64,000 bases of DNA from an uncultured Dehalococcoidia bacterium (lineage in GTDB: Bacteria > Chloroflexota > Dehalococcoidia > Lucifugimonadales > UBA826), in contig CAZRSW010000003.1 of NCBI GenBank assembly GCA_964602845.1, positions 77,533 to 141,532 of the forward strand, given 5' to 3'. The position numbers were made by a program, and so were the translations under genes. A model generated the notes under the pieces. That model ran no database searches. It had not been told where the DNA came from and saw only the letters and a list, made by a program, of their open reading frames with translations. Of the stretch, positions 19,826 to 28,559 are shown in pieces; the stretch's first letter is position 1; each line of letters opens with the position of its first letter.

Positions 19826-21075
19826 AATGAAGGGAGCCCTAATGACAATTCTGAGGGAGTATCACCACCCATCCCATACGGAGCCGCACCATACCCAGTC
19901 TTAATACCTTTCCATGGGTGCGCCCTCGCAACCTCTTCATTGATATCTGCACCCCAACCTGGACCTGATGGGACAGCCATGTATCCATTTACAATATCAG
20001 GCTGCGACGTTGTCAACTCATCTTTCCAAGGCACATCATCTATATCTACTTCCATGATACGTATGTTCGGTAAAGATGCGCATAGAGACGCACTTACAAA
20101 GGTCGAGAGATGGCTATAGTAATTGTGCGGGGCCACATTATGTTGGAAAACGTCAGCCAGGTCTCCAACCTTCTTCGACTGACTAAACCCATTCCACGGC
20201 ACATCGATCATAAACATATCTGCCGAATGTTGCTGAAAATATGGTAAATAGTCGCTCATATAGTAAAGATTTTCACCAGTGCAGATTCTAGTAGTCGTCG
20301 AATCCTTTATCTGTCGTAGACTCTCAGGTTGATACATATCAATTTCCAGCCAAAGCATGTCAAATTGCTCCAAAACCTTTGCGATACGAAGACAAGCCTC
20401 AGTCTTAAAATTAAAGTTTAGATCAAGGTTGATATCTACATCGGGACCAACAGCATCTCTAAAAGTCCCTACCAATCTCTCGATATGGCGAAGAACCCTT
20501 GATGTCACAACTTGGTCAGTGTTATTCCTTCCCACAGCAAAGCCCCCACCAAAAACTATAGGATCGTCTCCGGGTATTATGACGTTAGTTTTGAGAGCAG
20601 TGAAACCTTTCGCCACCACTTCCTTACCTAAATCAGTTATATCATCCCACCTCATTATGGGTCTAACTCCAATGAGTTCATGGTTTCGCACCCTAGATGT
20701 ACCACAATGAGACCAGTATACTCTCACCTTGTCACGAGTTGGACCACCAAACAATTCTGGAACCGAAATCCCAAGACTTTTCGCTTTAATATCTATGAAC
20801 GCACAGTCCAAACCTGCCAAAGCCTTAGCCGCGATCCCTCCAGGGCTTTGTCGCGTAGATCTATACATGTCCCAAAACCTTGTCTCAAATTCTCTGGGGT
20901 CCGTGCCAATCAAAACTGGTTTCAAATCTTCGATCGTACCCGCAACTCCATTTGGTGAACGACCATCACTGCACTCTCCCCACCCTGTTATACCCTCATC
21001 TGTCTCAACTTTCACAAATCCCCATGGCCTCCAACCGGCATCAACGATGAAATTTTCTATATTTGTGATTTTCAT
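19822..21075 (-). CDS. enolase superfamily enzyme (mandelate racemase / muconate lactonizing / acid-sugar dehydratase-like)
   Basis: N-terminal MKITNIENFIV...VKVETDEGITGWGE capping-domain pattern. The 417-aa size fits D-galactonate-dehydratase-like members. Confidence 0.8.
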   Translation of the reverse strand: MKITNIENFIVDAGWRPWGFVKVETDEGITGWGECSDGRSPNGVAGTIEDLKPVLIGTDPREFETRFWDMYRSTRQSPGGIAAKALAGLDCAFIDIKAKSLGISVPELFGGPTRDKVRVYWSHCGTSRVRNHELIGVRPIMRWDDITDLGKEVVAKGFTALKTNVIIPGDDPIVFGGGFAVGRNNTDQVVTSRVLRHIERLVGTFRDAVGPDVDINLDLNFNFKTEACLRIAKVLEQFDMLWLEIDMYQPESLRQIKDSTTTRICTGENLYYMSDYLPYFQQHSADMFMIDVPWNGFSQSKKVGDLADVFQHNVAPHNYYSHLSTFVSASLCASLPNIRIMEVDIDDVPWKDELTTSQPDIVNGYMAVPSGPGWGADINEEVARAHPWKGIKTGYGAAPYGMGGDTPSELSLGLPSF

Positions 21076-21126
21076 TAATGTACCCTTCGTATTCCTTCAT
21101 AATATCCAATAGATCAGAATTTATTG

Positions 21127-22683
21127 CTATATAGGATGAGTGAATTGATCCTTCAACACTGTTTTTAAAACTTTGCCAAGTGGATTCCTTGGAAGCTCTT
21201 CAACCACTATCACCGATTCCGGCTTCTTAAAACTAGATAATCGTAACCTGCAATATTCGATGACATCATTTTCGTCTACTTTACACCCTGGTTTGTTAAC
21301 AACTATTGCACGTACTCGCTCACCCCAATGTAAATCTGGGACGCCAATAACAGCAACCTCATCTACAGCAGGGTGGGCCTGAATCACCTGTTCCACTTCT
21401 TCAGGCGAAATCATTTCCCCCCCTCTCTTGATAAAATCTTTCGCCCTACCAGACAAGAAGATATATCCATCCTCATCAAAATAACCAAGATCTCCGGTAT
21501 GTAACCATCCATCTTTCAAAGCTTCCGCAGTCTCCTCTTGTTGATTCCAATATCCGCTCATTAATCGAGGTCCACGTGCCATGATTTCGCCTATATCTCC
21601 TACAGCAACTGCCTCTTGGTTTTCGTCGACAATCTGAACTTCTACATCCTCCAAGGGTTTACCTATTGAAGTTAACCTACTTATCTTAATAGCCATTTCC
21701 TCTGGTGATCCTTCCAATATATGATCTTCTGGGGATAACATTGTTATCGTTGCAGCTGTTTCAGTTTGTCCAAAAGCGTTGATAAACCGGGTGTCAGGAA
21801 ACATATTGATAGCTCGCCTTATTAGCTCCAAAGGCATGGAAGCAGCTCCATAAGTTATCACGCTCAAACTTGATAAGTCATGATTCGGAAATCCTGGGTG
21901 ATCTAAAACCATTTTTAGCATTGTGGGAACCATCATTGCTCTATCAACTTCTTCCTGCTCTACCAAACGCATCCACTCACAAGGCTCAAACTGTTTTTGG
22001 ATGACCAACGTTCTCCCACCATAAATAGCTGCCATCATCGCTTGTACACCAGCAATGTGATAGAGCGGTACTGCGAGAATATTTTTTTCTTCATGCTCCA
22101 AATTTACTGGATTTACATTGCTAAGAATATAGGAAGAAAAGCTCCCATGACTCAACATAACACCTTTTGGATTTCCAGTCGTACCCGCAGTAAACATCAA
22201 CATTGTCAGATCAACACCATCTGATTCAGGCAACCTTTCTTCTGTACTCGCTGAATCGATAAGATCTTCATAAGGTAACCACCCATCTACTAATCCATCA
22301 AGAACAACGAAGCGATTCAGCCCACCTCGCCGAGTTACCTCTTGATCAATCATTTCCGTATATCTCATACCAGAAATTAATACAGACGGAGAAGAATCTT
22401 TCAACACGCGCTCCAACTCTTCCTTGTTCAACCTGAAATTCAAAGGCACATAAACAGCATCTAGTTTTGCAGAGGCGAAATAGGCTTCAACGTGCTCGTT
22501 ACAATTGACCTGAATCATGGCGACTCGATCACCTTTACCTACGCCGATCCCTGCAAGGGCATTGGCAAGCTTATTAACCCTTTCTGCAACCTCCTCATAA
22601 GTAAACCTTCTACCCTCAAAAACTAATGCGACTCTCTCTGGAACAATAAGAGACGCTATGTTCAAAAACTCTGAGGTATTCAT
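21127..22683 (-). CDS. AMP-dependent acyl-CoA synthetase/ligase
   Basis: AMP-binding signature FTAGTTGNPKGV, plus TGDLGYFDEDGYIFLSGRAKD and the C-terminal GKVLK. Confidence 0.85.
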   Translation of the reverse strand: MNTSEFLNIASLIVPERVALVFEGRRFTYEEVAERVNKLANALAGIGVGKGDRVAMIQVNCNEHVEAYFASAKLDAVYVPLNFRLNKEELERVLKDSSPSVLISGMRYTEMIDQEVTRRGGLNRFVVLDGLVDGWLPYEDLIDSASTEERLPESDGVDLTMLMFTAGTTGNPKGVMLSHGSFSSYILSNVNPVNLEHEEKNILAVPLYHIAGVQAMMAAIYGGRTLVIQKQFEPCEWMRLVEQEEVDRAMMVPTMLKMVLDHPGFPNHDLSSLSVITYGAASMPLELIRRAINMFPDTRFINAFGQTETAATITMLSPEDHILEGSPEEMAIKISRLTSIGKPLEDVEVQIVDENQEAVAVGDIGEIMARGPRLMSGYWNQQEETAEALKDGWLHTGDLGYFDEDGYIFLSGRAKDFIKRGGEMISPEEVEQVIQAHPAVDEVAVIGVPDLHWGERVRAIVVNKPGCKVDENDVIEYCRLRLSSFKKPESVIVVEELPRNPLGKVLKTVLKDQFTHPI

Positions 22684-22819
22684 TTATTGTCTATTCCCCG
22701 CCATTAAATATAAAAGAGCATTTAGATCTTAGACTTAACTCTCCCCAAGTGAAATTGTCTCTCAAGCAATCGGAATATTTCAAGTTACGGACTCATAATT
22801 TATGGCAACAGTGGAACAT

Positions 22820-23659
22820 TTACATTCCAAGGATTTTTCTGGCATTCCCTAGTAAGATATTTTTCCTTGAACTATCTTTGATTGGCATATCATCCCATTC
22901 AGCAATCCATCTGTCTGGCGATATGTATGGGTAATCGGACCCAAATAGTATCTTCTCCGACAAACGAGAATTTGCTTCATCTATCAAAGTCTTTGGTATA
23001 TACATGGGAGCCCATCCAGAAAAATCAATAAAAACGTTTGGCTTGTGCAAAGCCACTGCGATCTGTTCATCGACCCAAGGCCAGCCCGGATGAGCCATGA
23101 TAATACTTATAGTAGGAAAGTCGGCAGCAACATCATCTATACCAGGAATAGGAGCACTATACTTTAATTTCAGCCCTCCACCACCAGGCAAACCTGCTCC
23201 AGTGGCCGCCATACCACTATGAAATATGATGGGTACGCCAAGCATAGCACACTCCTCATACAACGGATAAAATTGTCTGTCATTAGGAAAAAAGGACTGA
23301 TGGACGGGATGAAGTTTCATACCTTTCAATCCCAATACATTAACAGCTCTTTTAAGCTCATTTACAGACTTCTCCTTTTTCCATGGGTCAATTGCAGCAA
23401 ATCCTATAAATTGCTCTGGATATTCACTTACCACCTTAGCAATATAATCATTAGATATTGGATCCTCCCCAGTGGTGGTTTCCGCATCTATTGCCAACAG
23501 TACCCCCATCATGTCCCAGCTTTTGTATTTCTTTGCCATTTCGTCCACACGATCAGGCGCCCCATCGAGTCTAAAATAATCTCTAACGCTTCCTTCAAGA
23601 ATAGACTTAGATGGTTCAATGGGACTTGACAAGTGGACGTGCATATCGATCGCTATCAT
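22820..23659 (-). CDS. metal-dependent amidohydrolase (Amidohydro_2 / TIM-barrel hydrolase-decarboxylase family)
   Basis: N-terminal IDMHVHL metal-binding motif, later MAHPGWPW and FGSDYP motifs. 279 aa. Confidence 0.7.
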   Translation of the reverse strand: MIAIDMHVHLSSPIEPSKSILEGSVRDYFRLDGAPDRVDEMAKKYKSWDMMGVLLAIDAETTTGEDPISNDYIAKVVSEYPEQFIGFAAIDPWKKEKSVNELKRAVNVLGLKGMKLHPVHQSFFPNDRQFYPLYEECAMLGVPIIFHSGMAATGAGLPGGGGLKLKYSAPIPGIDDVAADFPTISIIMAHPGWPWVDEQIAVALHKPNVFIDFSGWAPMYIPKTLIDEANSRLSEKILFGSDYPYISPDRWIAEWDDMPIKDSSRKNILLGNARKILGM

Positions 23660-23829
23660 AATTACAACACCTATTTACGATTATCTTTAGAATCTTTTAC
23701 TTTAATATGAATGCCCTAAGTAATCTAGGCTCGAAGGGCCTACTAATTAACTTATCAACTACTATTATGAAATCCCGACAAAAGGTGTAAATCATCTGTA
23801 AAAATCGGCAATCTTATACTTTTCCAGAC

Positions 23830-23856
23830 GTGGAATCACAAACATTTGTGGAATCA
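23830..23856. repeat. direct repeat GTGGAATCA x2 (18-nt period) enclosing inverted repeat CACAAA-ca-TTTGTG
   Basis: Read directly: GTGGAATCA at 23830-23838 and 23848-23856. Located in the 424-bp divergent intergenic region. Confidence 0.4.
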
Positions 23857-24083
23857 AGTCAAATGACCTTCTGTTGTGATATAGACCTACTTTATGTAAG
23901 AATAATAAGAAGAAGTTGGACAGATTAGAAAATGAAATTGTGAGATCACATAGAACATTGAAACATCAAATTATTGTTAGCCTATACCTAACATTGAAGT
24001 TAAAAAAACCATCTAGATATGATCATTAGGTGAACAACCAATCAACTTCGTAGAATTAATAATACATAACCAAAGGGAGAATT

Positions 24084-24905
24084 TTGACCTTGGAAACCTC
24101 TGAATTTGTCACACTCTTTGAAGCGGTTGGGAAATATACGACCAACCTAAAGAAAAAGGATAAAACACCTCCCGTAGCAAGGGAACTCGACAAATTTGTC
24201 AAACATTTTCGAGGAGAAACTGCGCTCAGTTCTATCACACCTTCAAGGGTCGGTGATTATGCTGAAAGAGCAAGTAAGAATGGAACATCTGAAGATATGG
24301 TAGAAGGCCTACAGGCGGTCAGAAAATTCTTACTCTTCGCTTCCAAAGAAGAGTGGACTACCCTCAATCTTGCAACACATTTCCGTATTAAAAAGGTCCG
24401 ATTGAACTCTCGCACTCGTGAAAAATCAACCTCGGCATACAGCGGCCAACAAATGACTCAGTTCGGTCATGATCAGTTGGTCGAGGAACGAAACAATCTC
24501 GTTTTGAATAGGACCACTATAAGCCAGGCAATTCATTCTGCAGCGTCAGATGGCGACGTGAGGGAAAATGCCCCTCTTGAAGCCGCACGAGAACAACAAG
24601 GCCGTGAGGAAGCAAGAATAAAAGAAATAGATGCCTTACTCAGAACTGCTATCATAGTCGATTCTTCTGGCAATGACGCTAAAATAGCTAGGGTCGGAGC
24701 GACGATTAGAATTGAGGAGGTCGGCAAAAAAAATAAGCGGACCACTTATACGCTAGTCAGTCCAACCGAAGCTAGTCCTACAGACGGGAAAATCTCAGAT
24801 GCATCCCCACTAGGTAAATCCCTTATAGGAAAATCCGCTGGGTCTAAAGTGGATGTCAACACACCAAGTGGAAAAGCATCTTTCAAAATAATCAGAGTGT
24901 CCTGA
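24084..24905 (+). CDS. GreA-family transcript cleavage factor homologue with ~120-aa N-terminal extension
   Basis: Residues ~123-273 align with E. coli GreA as I recall it (GDVRENAPLEAAREQQGREEARIKEID versus [27 protein letters not shown]; C-terminal SPLGKSLIGKSAGSKVDVNTPSG). TTG start after AAGGGAGA; an alternative TTG lies at 24090. Confidence 0.7.
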   Translation: MTLETSEFVTLFEAVGKYTTNLKKKDKTPPVARELDKFVKHFRGETALSSITPSRVGDYAERASKNGTSEDMVEGLQAVRKFLLFASKEEWTTLNLATHFRIKKVRLNSRTREKSTSAYSGQQMTQFGHDQLVEERNNLVLNRTTISQAIHSAASDGDVRENAPLEAAREQQGREEARIKEIDALLRTAIIVDSSGNDAKIARVGATIRIEEVGKKNKRTTYTLVSPTEASPTDGKISDASPLGKSLIGKSAGSKVDVNTPSGKASFKIIRVS

Positions 24906-25033
24906 AACGGCTCTGATTCTTTTGATAGGGTATATATATAGGCCTTTCGCTTCAACAACTCACCAACAAGCATCTCTAATGATGCGCCGTGTTTGAGTCT
25001 CAAGACTCGAATCTCTTTCATAGGGGTATTGCA

Positions 25034-27946
25034 ATGTCAAGGCAAATATTCAGGTCAGATATGACAGATATCACCAATGAATTGAATAAACGAGTCGATG
25101 GCGACGTTAGATTTGACAAAATGTCTAGGGCGCTCTGGAGCACAGACGCAAGTATCTATCAAATTGAGCCACTTGGAGTCGTTCTCCCTAAGCATGAAGA
25201 CGATGTAATTTCGGTCATCGAGATTGCAAACAAATTCAACGTCCCTGTGCTACCTAGAGGCGGTGGAACCAGTCTTGCAGGCTCTACAATTGGTGAAGCA
25301 ATTGTTATAGATTTCTCCCAATATATGAGGTCTTTAAAGGATATCAACATTGAAGAAAAGTGGGTTTCAACTCAGCCCGGCATCATACTAGACGAACTTA
25401 ACGGACACCTGTCGCCAGAAGGTGTTCTGTTTGCGCCTGATCCAAGCACGAGCAATAGGGGAAATGTCGGTGGAGCACTAGGCAATAACTCATGTGGGGC
25501 TCATTCAATTATGTGGGGCAAAACCGTTGACAATGTGATTGAAATAGATGCCATACTCTCCGACGGCAGCAAAACAACTTTTCGACAGATTAATGGTGCA
25601 GCTCTGGAGTCCAAGATGCGTTTGTCAAGCCTTGAAGGTGACATCTACCGAAGCCTCTTCAAGATAGGGGAAGAAAACAGAGATCTAATTTTAGAAAAAT
25701 ATCCTAAGATTCAAAGGAGAGTATCTGGCTACAATTTGGACGAATTTGTGAATGGCAATAGTTTTGACATGGCAAGGTTTGTAGTAGGCTCTGAAGGCAC
25801 ATTGATTACCATAACACAAGCGAAGTTAAAAGTAGTTTCTAAACCAAAGTTGAAGTGCTTGGCCGTACTGCACTGCAATGACTTAACAGAATCAATGGAA
25901 GCAACAGTAGCATCAATAGAAATGAACCCCGCAGCCGTAGAACTAATAGGGAGTATGATCCTCAGGCAAGCTCAATCAAATTTATCATATTCTAGGCTAA
26001 CAGATTTTATTCAAGGAACCCCTGAGGCGCTACTAGTTATCGAGTTGACCGGAAATTCAGGGAAAGAACTCGACGAGAAATATGCGAACCTCGAACGCCA
26101 AATTAAAAGGGGTGGCTGGGGATACACCATGCTCCGACTCGATAGTGAATCAGATCAACAGAAAGTATGGGATGTGAGAAAAGCTGGACTAGGCCTAATG
26201 ATGAATGTGCCCGGTGACGCGAAACCATTACCTTTCGTCGAAGACACTGCCGTAGCACCCCATCTGCTACCTGACTTTGTAAAGAGGTTCGATGCCATTG
26301 TCACAAAACATGGAACAAAGGCCGGTTATTACGGTCATGCAAGTGTAGGATGTCTCCATATACGACCACTGATCAATCTGAAAAAGCAAGAAGACGTAGA
26401 TAAAATGACCTCAATTGCTGAAGAGATAAGTGATCTAGTGTTGGAATTTGGGGGCGCACTGAGCGGTGAACATGGTGACGGCCTGGTTAGAAGTGGATTC
26501 AACGAAAAAATGTTCGGGGCCGAATTATACAAAGCATTTAAAGAGGTTAAGAGTGCTTTCGATCCAAAAGGCATAATGAATCCGGGTAAGATAGTAAATG
26601 CTCCACCTATGACGGAAAACCTACGATACAGTCCGTCCTATTCAACCACTTTAACTTATAAGCAAGGATTTAAATTCGATCAAGAGGGCAGCTATGCTAG
26701 CGCTATTGAAATGTGTAACGGTCAAGGAGCCTGCAAAAAAATAAGTGGTGGAACAATGTGTCCATCCTACATGGTCACCAGGGATGAGGAACATTCAACC
26801 CGAGGTCGAGCCAATGCACTGAGAGCAACTATATCAGGATTGATACCCAACGATCAGGATACGAGCAAACGATTATATGAGGTCATGGACTTGTGCCTAG
26901 AGTGTAAAGGCTGCAAGTCAGAATGTCCTTCCAATGTAGACATGGCAAAATTAAAGTATGAGTTTCTGTCAGGGTATCACTCCGCAAATGGATACAAATT
27001 AAAAAACAGATTCTTCGGAAATACAGCCAGATTAAGTAAATTAGGCTCCTTCTTCGCTCCTATTTCAAACTGGATGATCCAATCGTCGGCATCCAAGGAC
27101 CTCATCGAAAAAACCATTGGTATTGATAAAAGAAGAGCGCTCCCTGAATTTGCCTCTCAAACTTTCAAACAATGGTTCAGATCAAGACCTCGTTCACAAA
27201 ATGAGAAGGCCCGTCACGGCCAAAATGGCCAAGTAGTTTTATTCGCAGACACCACGACCAACTTCAACCATCCAGAGATCGGTAAAGCAACTGTAAATTT
27301 GCTAGAAAAATTGGGTTACGAAGTGATCGTACCGGAAGTACGTTGTTGCGGTAGGCCTTTACTTTCAAACGGGATGCTAGAGGAGGCAAGAAAGAACGTC
27401 CAATATAACACAGATCTGATATTCCCATACATTGAATCTGGCTCCAAGCTTGTTGGGATAGAACCTAGTTGCACACTCGGGTTCCGGGACGATTTCGGAG
27501 ATCTCATAGGACAAAACCCTCGATCAAATGCCATAGCAGCCAACACTATGCTGGTTGAGGAATTTGTCCTATACTCTTCCGAAAAAAACGGGGACATCCA
27601 GTTTTCGAACCCACCACAGAATGAGCGGATCATGCTACATGGGCACTGTCACCAAAAATCCTTGGTGGGAACGGACCCAGCGTTAACCGTTCTGGGTATG
27701 ATACCCGGACTAGAATCATCTGAAATTCCTTCCGGATGCTGCGGCATGGCCGGATCTTTCGGGTTCGATGTGAACCATTACGATATCTCCATGAAAATGG
27801 GCGAATTAAGCCTTTTCCCGACAATCAGAGAACAAGGTAATGATGCCACTATAGTCACAGAAGGAGTGTCCTGCCGGCAACAGATCAAGGATGGGACGGG
27901 CAGGTCTTCGAAACACTTGGTTGAGATTCTCTCCAAATACATATAG
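25034..27946 (+). CDS. FAD-linked oxidase fused to Fe-S/CCG-domain oxidoreductase (YdiJ / GlcD-GlcF fusion-like)
   Basis: N-terminal FAD-binding PRGGGTSLAG. Central Cys clusters CxxCxxCxxxCP (CLECKGCKSECP). C-terminal CCG-type motifs (CCGRP, CCGMAGSFG). I prefer the ATG at 25034 to the GTG at 24989. Confidence 0.85.
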   Translation: MSRQIFRSDMTDITNELNKRVDGDVRFDKMSRALWSTDASIYQIEPLGVVLPKHEDDVISVIEIANKFNVPVLPRGGGTSLAGSTIGEAIVIDFSQYMRSLKDINIEEKWVSTQPGIILDELNGHLSPEGVLFAPDPSTSNRGNVGGALGNNSCGAHSIMWGKTVDNVIEIDAILSDGSKTTFRQINGAALESKMRLSSLEGDIYRSLFKIGEENRDLILEKYPKIQRRVSGYNLDEFVNGNSFDMARFVVGSEGTLITITQAKLKVVSKPKLKCLAVLHCNDLTESMEATVASIEMNPAAVELIGSMILRQAQSNLSYSRLTDFIQGTPEALLVIELTGNSGKELDEKYANLERQIKRGGWGYTMLRLDSESDQQKVWDVRKAGLGLMMNVPGDAKPLPFVEDTAVAPHLLPDFVKRFDAIVTKHGTKAGYYGHASVGCLHIRPLINLKKQEDVDKMTSIAEEISDLVLEFGGALSGEHGDGLVRSGFNEKMFGAELYKAFKEVKSAFDPKGIMNPGKIVNAPPMTENLRYSPSYSTTLTYKQGFKFDQEGSYASAIEMCNGQGACKKISGGTMCPSYMVTRDEEHSTRGRANALRATISGLIPNDQDTSKRLYEVMDLCLECKGCKSECPSNVDMAKLKYEFLSGYHSANGYKLKNRFFGNTARLSKLGSFFAPISNWMIQSSASKDLIEKTIGIDKRRALPEFASQTFKQWFRSRPRSQNEKARHGQNGQVVLFADTTTNFNHPEIGKATVNLLEKLGYEVIVPEVRCCGRPLLSNGMLEEARKNVQYNTDLIFPYIESGSKLVGIEPSCTLGFRDDFGDLIGQNPRSNAIAANTMLVEEFVLYSSEKNGDIQFSNPPQNERIMLHGHCHQKSLVGTDPALTVLGMIPGLESSEIPSGCCGMAGSFGFDVNHYDISMKMGELSLFPTIREQGNDATIVTEGVSCRQQIKDGTGRSSKHLVEILSKYI

Positions 27947-27950
27947 TTCA

Positions 27951-28220
27951 TTAAACGGGACCCTGTGTAGGAATAAGACGATCAATATTGATTGCTTTAT
28001 TTCCTCTAGTGAATCTTACTTTCAAATTTTCGCCAATCATTAAAATTTCAAAGGTAGCGGAGTCTACCTGAACTTTTTCAGAAGACACATAGATGAAATG
28101 CCGCTCTTGATCGTCAACCTCTTTGACCTCAAGCAGGCCCTCAATAGTCTTGTAAGGCGGGCAACAATCCAGACACTCAGAGACAAACGATTTAACTCTT
28201 TCTGATATCTTTATACCCAT
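27951..28220 (-). CDS. hypothetical protein (89 aa)
   Basis: ORF only. Contains SECLDCCPPY. No family recognised and the RBS is weak. Confidence 0.35.
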   Translation of the reverse strand: MGIKISERVKSFVSECLDCCPPYKTIEGLLEVKEVDDQERHFIYVSSEKVQVDSATFEILMIGENLKVRFTRGNKAINIDRLIPTQGPV

Positions 28221-28232
28221 AGGGAACCTAAT

Positions 28233-28487
28233 CTATCCTAAACCATACGCATTAGTTAAACTTTTATCCACTAAATTCCTTATCCCATAAAGGATACTAC
28301 GAATAGTAGTACAGGAAGATCCTCCTGATACCAACAAAATAACTCTAGTTTGGCCTTTATGTCCCCTGGCCAACCTGATTTGCACTTCCAGGCTAAAACC
28401 TACCATAATGACAGATGAGTCACTATGCTTATACCTGACTTGAACACCCATTTTTCCTTGACACTTAAAATAGTAGATTGCTACCAT
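28233..28487 (-). CDS. doubtful hypothetical ORF (84 aa)
   Basis: ORF only. GGGGAG lies just 2 nt from the ATG and no motif is recognised. The region may instead be the non-coding leader of the thrC-like gene. Confidence 0.2.
   Translation of the reverse strand: MVAIYYFKCQGKMGVQVRYKHSDSSVIMVGFSLEVQIRLARGHKGQTRVILLVSGGSSCTTIRSILYGIRNLVDKSLTNAYGLG
28295..28311. repeat. inverted repeat TACTAC-N5-GTAGTA (copy 1)
   Basis: Read directly: TACTAC 28295-28300, gaata, GTAGTA 28306-28311. The identical stem recurs at 30415-30431. Confidence 0.4.
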
Positions 28488-28559
28488 TGCTCCCCTGAAA
28501 TAGATTATTGGATAATCGAGTCTACGAAGGGGTACAAATTTTTATTAAGGAGTTTATGT

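Noticed and set aside
24989-25033. GTG start at 24989 for the YdiJ-like oxidase
   Set aside because: The ATG at 25034 has a GGGG-containing RBS-like sequence upstream. The extra 15 residues are not part of the FAD-domain pattern. The choice remains uncertain.
28233-28487. LLVSGGSSC in the 84-aa ORF as a PP-loop (SGGxDS) ATPase remnant, which would fit a TtuA-like partner of the sulfur carrier
   Set aside because: The motif is imperfect and lies near the C-terminus rather than the N-terminus, and nothing else in the ORF resembles a PP-loop enzyme. This is over-interpretation.
28221-28559. SAM riboswitch or T-box leader for the thrC-like gene
   Set aside because: I found no match to the SAM-I core (GGCCC...GCAACC...GGUGC), the SAM-II/V pseudoknot elements or the T-box 14-mer as I recall them. 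The region is kept only as an unexplained region.
28425-28559. Track start (28425) for the thrC-like gene
   Set aside because: It would add 45 residues with no similarity to ThrC N-termini and no RBS. The TTG at 28560 follows AAGGAG at ideal spacing and begins directly at the zinc ribbon.
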